Below are positions 55,701-64,000 of a stretch of DNA of 64,000 nt, one piece after another (within the stretch, counting starts at the first letter, position 1; each line of letters opens with the position of its first letter). The translations under genes and the position numbers were made by a program. This DNA comes from Eledone cirrhosa (Eukaryota): contig OZ024742.1 of NCBI GenBank assembly GCA_964016885.1, forward strand, positions 67,580,001 to 67,644,000. Direction: 5' to 3'. Below the pieces are notes generated by a model, which worked only from the letters and a program-made list of their open reading frames with translations, was not told where the DNA came from and did not search any database.

Positions 55701-56641
55701 CCTGTGAGATGTATTGCATTTTATGGATGGTGTATTATTTAAACATTCATACCACAAGTGGGTGTTATGTACTGATCTCTAGTGAAATATTTACATGTTC
55801 AACTACTGTCAAGTAGTAACTAGCTTTCGGGGAACCTGTAAAACGTGAATATTGTTTACATGGTCTTATCTAAAATGTAATAAAATACAATAACTTTACT
55901 CCAGTCATAACATCAAAGTGCATGGAAGAGCTCTACACCACGTATGTAATGCATTTTATTGCAGTGTGGTTAGTCGATGAAAGTTGAAAATGATTCTATC
56001 AAAGCACGAAGGAAATAACGTTTAATTTCTCAATTCCACATCATTTCCCATTATTGCAGATATTACTGAATAGAGAAGCTGTCAGTCAATTCTTCTCTCC
56101 CATATGGGCTTTAACAGTAGTTGACCCCAGTTATTAATAATAATGTGGTTGTCCGTACATGTAATACAGTATTTATTGGTATATATACATATATATTATT
56201 GCCAGATGTAAATTAGTAGCGATTTATTACATCCTTGATCATGATCAAAAGTAAAATAACCAGTGCCAAGCCCCATCTATTCCCACTTGACTATGTTACA
56301 CCTAAGAACTTTCATTTTAAAACATGAATATCAATGCATATCAACAATTCTTTTCATAGCTAAGTGGAAGATGGTTCATTACCATAGTAACCAATGGAAA
56401 TAACAATAAGGGAAAAGGATTTCTATGGAAACGTAAACGTAATTATAAAGGCTCTATGACGTCATTGCCGTTCTCTATTCTACCCACCTAAATGGATTAA
56501 TATTGTTGACGTATTTTAGATGCATTTAGATATATGGCAAACAAAATTGGATACATGTTTACAAAGAAGATTAATTATGCATCGTATTGTCGTTATTTAT
56601 TTATGCATAAATACATAAATATATTTATATATATATATCAA

Positions 56642-56706
<65 letters not shown>

Positions 56707-57489
56707 ATATAATACACACACATATATATATAGATATAATCTGTGTGGGTTTGCATATGTATATATATATATATATATATGTGTGTGTGGGGGGCGGGGT
56801 TATGTGTGTACGTTTGTGTGTGTTTGTGTGAGTCTGGGAGTGGTTGGTGTGAGAGTGAGTGCGTGTACGATACATGTCCATTAGTTGACGCTGCAGCATT
56901 GATCTGTTCATCGGAGATTATATAATATCCATACTTAAGTATACGTGGTACAGGAAATCTTAGTGCTTGTCATTACAAATGACTCTTAACAGATACGCAT
57001 GCGCACAGACACATATCAAATGCGCACATAAATATAACCCCTTTCACAAATTCTGAGGTTTTATTTACCGTTGTAAACCATGTATGTGCCTATATATCTC
57101 CATATATGCTCCTTTCTACTTGTGTTAATGTACCGTTTTGTGAGTCTATGTATACGTCTTACAGTGTTCAAATACCTGTGCCTATATGTGTAGCTACATG
57201 ATATGTTACGATGTAGATGTGTATGTCTGTATTACTCACGTGTAATTAGTAAGCTTGTGTTTCTGTATGTGTAAGTTTGTCTTTTAATGTAAAGTGTGTG
57301 CTTCTTTTTGTGAAGTAGTGAATTGCGTGCTTTTAGTATGAGTATAATTATATATTTATGTAAAATAGTAAAAATTCAGTGCGTGGATTTGCGACCACTC
57401 TGTGGGTATGGTTGTATTGAGATATTGCCTTGAATGTGGATTTATATATGAATGTATATGCAGTGGTTCGCATGAGATGGATCTTCTAA

Positions 57490-58000
57490 TGTCTTTTATT
57501 TAGTATTTATTTAGATTGTGTTGTTTGTCGGGCGTGAACGGACATGTATAAAAAAATAGTTTCAAACACTTGCCTAATTGGCTTTCTTCGATCAGTAGTG
57601 AGGTACATGGGCTGCCATACATAGGTAGCTTCGAACTAGTGGATTTCTGAGCAGTCGGTCGATCTGAAATTCCATTTACGTGATGAGTTTGGGATGAGCA
57701 AAAAGTCACTAAAGCTATTTTCAGTCGAATAAATACTTACAGTAAACTTTATGTTCTGCCGGAGTTTAGGATAAGAGCTTCGAAAAGTTCGGAGAATTTG
57801 AAGTGTTTTTATATCGAAGGATGCCATCAAAGTATGGGCCGACATAATGCAGTCGTAATTGTGAAAAACTCTGTTTTATCATCAGCTCCGTTGGTATGAT
57901 AGTTGTGAGCACCGAGTAGGATTTACAAAGTTTATATTAAAAATGACGCCAGTGAGATTGCGAAACCCTGAGAGTGGTGAAGGGTGTATTCCACTCCCAA
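57490..58000 (-). mobile_element. Highly decayed Penelope-type RT fragment
   Basis: LMASFDIKTL and HHVNGIS...GSP-like remnants. Confidence 0.4.
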
Positions 58001-58347
58001 CTATTAATATTCTAATAATATTATTGTTAAATGTCAGAAGCAGGAATGGTACGAATCATTGCAGAAAAGCATAGAGGCATTTATATCGACGCCTATATAA
58101 TATGCCAGGTGGGTGAGAATGGTTACGCATGAATTGACACAGGCATGAAACAAATTGAATACCAGTCGATCCAGCAGAAGACTACATCTTGATGTATACC
58201 ACAAGCAACATTACTTCAGATAATCATGGGATGATGAAGGTTTAGACATTTTGAACTTGGATTTAAGAACATAAATTTGAAAGGAAGATACAAAGACAAA
58301 TATTACGAAGATACAATATACATACGCACATAAATATATATACACAC

Positions 58348-58422
<75 letters not shown>

Positions 58423-59744
58423 AATCGGTTTACTCATGGACGCGCTGCAGCAATTTTGTCGTAAAAATATAAAAGCTACAACATTTGACACCAATCACCC
58501 TTCTAAGAAAATTGATTGGCGTTTTTCCAGCATATAAAATCTTATAAAACCACTATCTGAAACTGGGAACCACACTAATCATCCGGAGATCTATTTTTAT
58601 TTACCTCCCAAGCATAATGTCTCCATTAGCAGAAAATGCCATCATATTTGTTGACCACATTTTATAATAACTCCAAAGAATACAAGCTCGCCAGATATCC
58701 TATAAAACAAAAGCAAACTCTTCAAATCGACAAAAAGACCTTTCCTCATATTCTCCGTTTATTAGTCTTATGCAATATACCCCATATCATTCACTAAACT
58801 TTTTAATCTCTTCTTCTGTACATGGATATACAGTTATGTTTTGAAATACGGTCTTGTGTCCGATTCCTAAAGATGACTAACCATCTAACATTTCCTTATA
58901 TCGTCATATGGCACTCAATTCCAAGATCTCAAAATAATTAGAAGTTATTTGCAATAACGTTCTACAGTACTCATAATCATTCTCACAGTAATGACCAGCA
59001 AACCAACTTCCACAACTCTCGGACTTCTGGAGAATTATTCTCATGTTATTCGCCTGTGTCTTTTAAGTGTAGAGTAATTTGGGGAACACGATATGTATAC
59101 TCAGCCCGATGCATGCGAAAACTATGTCAACACTCTAATTTACTTTCATGGACAGATAGCAACCTACAGATCACATTGCCATGATGATATACTCTCTCCT
59201 GCTCACATTATCAAATTCAAGGTGCCGGAGGATTTTTTGTTGTTCACCATATTCTTCCTAACATACATCATTGAGGAAAATGTGATGTTGTTCAGAATTG
59301 AATGCAGACTTTTAAGCATTAAAGTTCTGAATAAACTTTAATGATTAAAATAAAAACTATCAGAATTTACATATTTTCGCCCAACAAGATTCACGTTTGT
59401 TTATTCCGGTAATATAAAATTCCTAAGATCAGGATGCAATGGATTATAGCGGCTGTTCTGTTGGAGAGTATACGTACAGGATAATATCGAAATTCTTGAG
59501 AAAGTGATAGTTCTTTGGTGTAAGAGCCGGTAAGTATGTTGGGTTATGCATCGTTTTGTAGCCCAGTTCGTTTAAATTCTGAAGTGTTGGTTGTGCGATG
59601 TGTCGTTAGGCGTTATTGTGAAAAAAGACTGGATAATTACTATTGACCAAGTAAGAAATTGTTCTAATCCTCATATCTCGAGATAGTGCAGTAATACGCC
59701 AGCCTCAGTATTCAGTATTTAGAAGAAGGAATGTAGGCGTAAAA

Positions 59745-60025
59745 GCTTACCTATGGTCATGAATCTTGGGAAAAGACCGAAAGAATACCATCTCGAATAC
59801 AAGCCGCCGAAATGGGGTTCCTCTGAAGACAAGCGAGTCATTCCAGTATGGGCACGTGGTTAGATTGTCTCAGGAAGGAATCGCTGGAGAAATTTTACGG
59901 GCAAAACCATCCGGCAGGAGACCCAGTGTTTGAAGACTCTGCCCCCTCGACCATCTCATGAATAATTGGAAGAAGAAGAAGAAGAAGAAGAAGAAGAAGA
60001 AGAAGAAGAAGAAGAAGAAGAAGAT
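59745..60025 (+). mobile_element. RTE-clade LINE 3' fragment with (GAA)n tail
   Basis: LTYGHESW..TERI.SRIQAAEMGFL, WYGHVVR, PSGRRP, then (gaa)n at 59968-60023. Confidence 0.8.
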
Positions 60026-62103
60026 TGGCATATATTAGAAGTTATAAGAATGTAATTGGTTTTTGCTCATATTTATCATTGAGTTTATTAGTAAAATTGT
60101 TATTATGACTTTAATCTATTTAGAAATTTAAAACTAGGTTTCGACCGTTAAAACTTCTCATTGCTGTCCAACTTACAATAAAGTGATATTTGTACAATTG
60201 ATCTTATATTTACAGAATTTCTGAATACTGAACTGAACATAGAAGATAGATCAGAATGTAAAAGGTCACCGTCTTAAACCGTATTGAATTATATATCATG
60301 CGACAACTCAACACAGACTATTAGCAAAAACAGATTCAAGAGTAGTTGAATCGCACGATATAATCCCACCCCTATTCAATAAAGCAATGGTTAACAAAAT
60401 CATAGTGTACACTACTACAGAAAAAATGTCCACCTAAATATTATTAACAATAATTGCAAGAATATAATATATTCGGCAAGACCTGAATTCGGAGAGTCAA
60501 TATATCTCCATCATTACACAAGATACCCCTGTTATTTAGGCAAAAAAGGGAAAAATGGCCCCTTGAATTTAAATGTTTATTTATTGTGTCTCAGAAAACA
60601 TTAATGTTTCACAAGTAGCATTCACTGAAGAACGTTTCCTGACAGCTAGGTGAAATGCAATATGAGGAAATCAGATATCCTACGTATACCAAATATCAAC
60701 ATCACCCACGCGTGTTTGAAATCTCGTCTTAGATTCTGCTAAAAAAGTATTATATCTACTGCGTCATTTGGCTTCTACACAACGCAAATGTTTAAATTTC
60801 CTACACGTCACCATTTACAAAAGCGACACTCATAATCTCAGCATAATTGATGCGAATATTATTAATACACCTATTTTCACGAACAATCAGAAGTTCTTTT
60901 CCGAAACTATGACTACACACAAGCACCACGAAACCCACTACTCCACACCAACACAATTATCACCACCACCATCGCCACCATGTCTTCCATCTCCACCACC
61001 AACATGAGCTTACTATTGTATCAGCACTAACACTTCGAATAAAACACTTATTAGAAATTATTAAAGTACATTTAGAATGTTTTATTTTTCTGTGTTCGAT
61101 AGAAATATGTGTTAAGAATTATTAGTAGGCAACAGTATTAGTTTATGTATAAAGAGGTGGATAGGATTAATAGTATCCTTGTAAGAAGAAGATGTAGCGA
61201 GATTTGTGTTGTGTCGTCTAGTGAGCTTTGGTGAAGAGGATATGTGATAGCGTTGAAATGTTAATATTAGCGTTAACATTAATTATTGTTAATGGCAAGG
61301 AAATAATAACCCCGAAATTCAAATTAAAGGAAAATAGATTAGGAATATGAAAATAGATTAGTAAGTGCGTATTTTGGCAAGTATGATCATAAACTCCGGA
61401 ATTATGATCTTTTGTTTTATTGAACTTCCTAGCCATGACACAATCATATTTGATGCCGGTAAGAATATATCGTGTTGAACTAATAGCAAGTTTAATGGTT
61501 AGGCAATTTATAAAAATAATTAGATTAATGTACGTTGGTATTGTATTGATGCAGGCACATCCGGGGAACATTCTGACCAGTTTTATTGTTGCCTTCTAGC
61601 TGAGGACCATATTGCACATTAAAAAGCTTAGATGAATCGTATATACTACAGTATAACAGTTTGACATGTTACAGTTCTCGACTGTCCAGAATACTTCGAT
61701 ATAACCTGCTGAGTTTAAGGTGTGAAGATCGCTGGTCTTCTGACTTTATTGTATATTTTGTACACCTTTGCTCTGTGATTGGATACAAGGAGGCTTTTGT
61801 GGTGTGTGTGTGTTTATGTTCGTTTGGATGTGGGTGTCATAGTGATTTGAGCTCTTATATAGGAGTCGCAGCAACAATCTGTAGCTCTTACGTCTTCAGA
61901 TGTTCCAGAAGTGTAAGTGCAGACTGTTTAGTATAATGGTAATTGGTAGTGTGGTGTGACGGTGGGTTTATCACGATATTTTTAATTGGTGTTGAGTGTA
62001 TTTGCACATATTTAACCCCAAATTGGATAAAATAAAAACATGATAGCAGTGCTGTCATATAATTTGGGTATAGTTTTCTGCTGATATTATTTGTGATACT
62101 TAT

Positions 62104-62472
62104 AAGGGCGGTGGATTGGCAGTATCGGTATAGGGTCGGACACCATACTTTGCAGCATAGAGTTACGGCCCTTTACGGCCTGAGTCGAAATACCGCCGAG
62201 GTTAACTTTACCTTTCATCCTTAATGGGCCGATAAAGTAAAGCACCAGTAAACTACTGGGGTCGATTTAATCGACTTTCCCCGCTCTCTAAATTACTGGA
62301 CTTGTGCCTATACTAGAAATCATTATTTGTGATACGTCCCTTTATGATCTGAGTTCAAATCCCGCCGAGGTTAACTTTGCCTTTCATCCTTACGGGGTCG
62401 ATAAAATAAAGTACCAGTAATGTATTTTAGGCACAAGGCATTTATAATGCCTTGTGCCTAAAATAGAAACAA
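62104..62472 (+). mobile_element. Two tandem tRNA-SINE copies (full-length plus 5'-truncated)
   Basis: Copies at 62104-62321 and 62336-62472; attatttgtgatac occurs before, between and after them. Confidence 0.9.
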
Positions 62473-63646
62473 TTATTTGTGATACGTATTGATAATATGT
62501 AGAATGCTGTTGTTTTTAGGTACACGTCGGATTAGATTAAGCATACCGATTATCATAATCATTCCTGCTTTGATCATCAAGATCGATAAACGATGAGTTG
62601 CCTTTGAAGTAGGTTTATATTAATATACCTACTATAATATATTTTAACTGCATGTGTGGAAGTTGGGGGAGATTCGAATGTTACATCTAGTTTTGTGTGT
62701 ATTTGTTGGTGTTGGCATTGTTGTTGTTGTTAGTGGTGGTAGTGTCAGTGGTGGTGGATTTGATGTGGATGTTGTTAAGGGTGGGTGGTAATGGTGGTGA
62801 TGGTGGTGTTGGTTTTGTTGTTGTTATTGGTGGTGGTGGTGGTGTTGGTAACTTGTCTGTGGTTGAGTTTCTGGATGTGCTTCAGGATTAGGGCGTGATT
62901 GTTTTCATGGCGGTGTTGATGTCGCTTTTATAGATGTCGATGCTGGTTGTGCCGGTATGTTTGGAGCTACTGTTATTTAGATAGTCTTGATGGTCGTTCG
63001 GATTGTGATTGTGGCGATGTTAGTAGGGATGGTATTAATGGAAGTGTTGTGTTAGTATTTGGTGCAATGGCGTTAATGTTAGTTGTAATGTTTGCAATGT
63101 GAGTGTCAAAGATAGGAGGGGTATAATAATAGATGTGCTGACAATGCGTAGTTTAACTCCAGGTCAGCCAAGATCGAGCAGATTTATGATTAAAGGTATT
63201 CTTGTCACGGCTAACTCGTACGTCTATAGAATATAGCGTTATCCAACGTACATTTAATTTTAAAGAAGACAGATATATTTTGAAGAAGTCAGCTGTTATT
63301 TGTGGCAGGTCAATTGGCAACAAAGAGACTATCTTATTGGTTTGCCGTTATAAAATTATTGTTAGTAATTGTAGTGGTGCTGGAAGTTGTTTCAGACTGT
63401 GTCATAATGGTGGCGAGGCATTAATGGTAAAGGGGTATTACGTTTGATGTTTTTTTTCTTGGGTCATTTTTGTAGTTTGACGCTTTCTTTTATTTCCACT
63501 AACGCTGATAATGTTGTTGTTGTTATTTTTGTTGTTGATGTTATTTTTGTTGTTGATGTTATTTTAGTTGTTGTTGTTCTCTGTTATAGTGAAGATTTTG
63601 TAGTTTTTGCTGTTATTACTTTTAATGCTCTCTGTTGCTTTTTCTT

Positions 63647-63721
<75 letters not shown>

Positions 63722-63730
63722 TCACTATCG

Positions 63731-63772
<42 letters not shown>
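63647..63772. repeat. (TAG)n microsatellite
   Basis: Directly visible; another at 4704-4741. Confidence 0.98.
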
Positions 63773-64000
63773 ATTATTGTTGTTGTTAATAACCATCTTA
63801 GAGCTTTGAAAATATCTAAAAATTTAAGATAAAAAACAATACGGTGGTTGAAAGAAAAACAAGTGAAAATATCTAGTGTATTGATTTGTTTTTGCCAGTA
63901 GCTGTATATCGATAAATCAGCATGAAGAAACATAGCAAACTAATAGTTACGCTCTTTCTATTTTTATGTTACCCCACATCATTCTTCTTTCCCATCATGC

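Noticed and set aside
57855-57890. Minus-strand CTGATGA followed by an aaaac/gtttt stem
   Set aside because: GAAA and stems I/III are absent; probably chance.
58420-59000. Possible old CR1/L2-like RT remnant; also a possible GIY-YIG tail at 61230-61620 (-)
   Set aside because: No unambiguous catalytic motif could be read.

Overview
AT-rich, repeat-dominated animal genomic DNA. It is probably from an octopod cephalopod, inferred from the tRNA-derived SINE family and the very dense (TA)n/(CA)n microsatellites. There is no intact long host gene; two phase-compatible candidate exons lie at 1-85 and 4126-4232. Conventional content: a 6.6-kb decayed autonomous Helitron with both termini, a non-autonomous Helitron, two head-to-tail Tx1/L1-clade LINEs plus fragments, R4/Dong-like RLE fragments, an RTE fragment, a hAT fragment and about 9 SINEs. 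The main signal is at about 7-33.5 kb. Nearly every non-microsatellite island between (TA)n tracts there is a foldback or terminally redundant element, and reading by eye found about 19 type I hammerhead ribozyme (HHR) motifs in about 8 sequence families. Three families are attached to Penelope-like (GIY-YIG) coding remnants. Others are non-coding monomers of about 370, 425 and 700 nt in tandem and inverted arrays, resembling retrozymes. Many cores are non-canonical (CCGAUGA instead of CUGAUGA; U.U or C.A at 10.1-11.1; palindromic mini-stem III). All structures were folded by eye and are untested.
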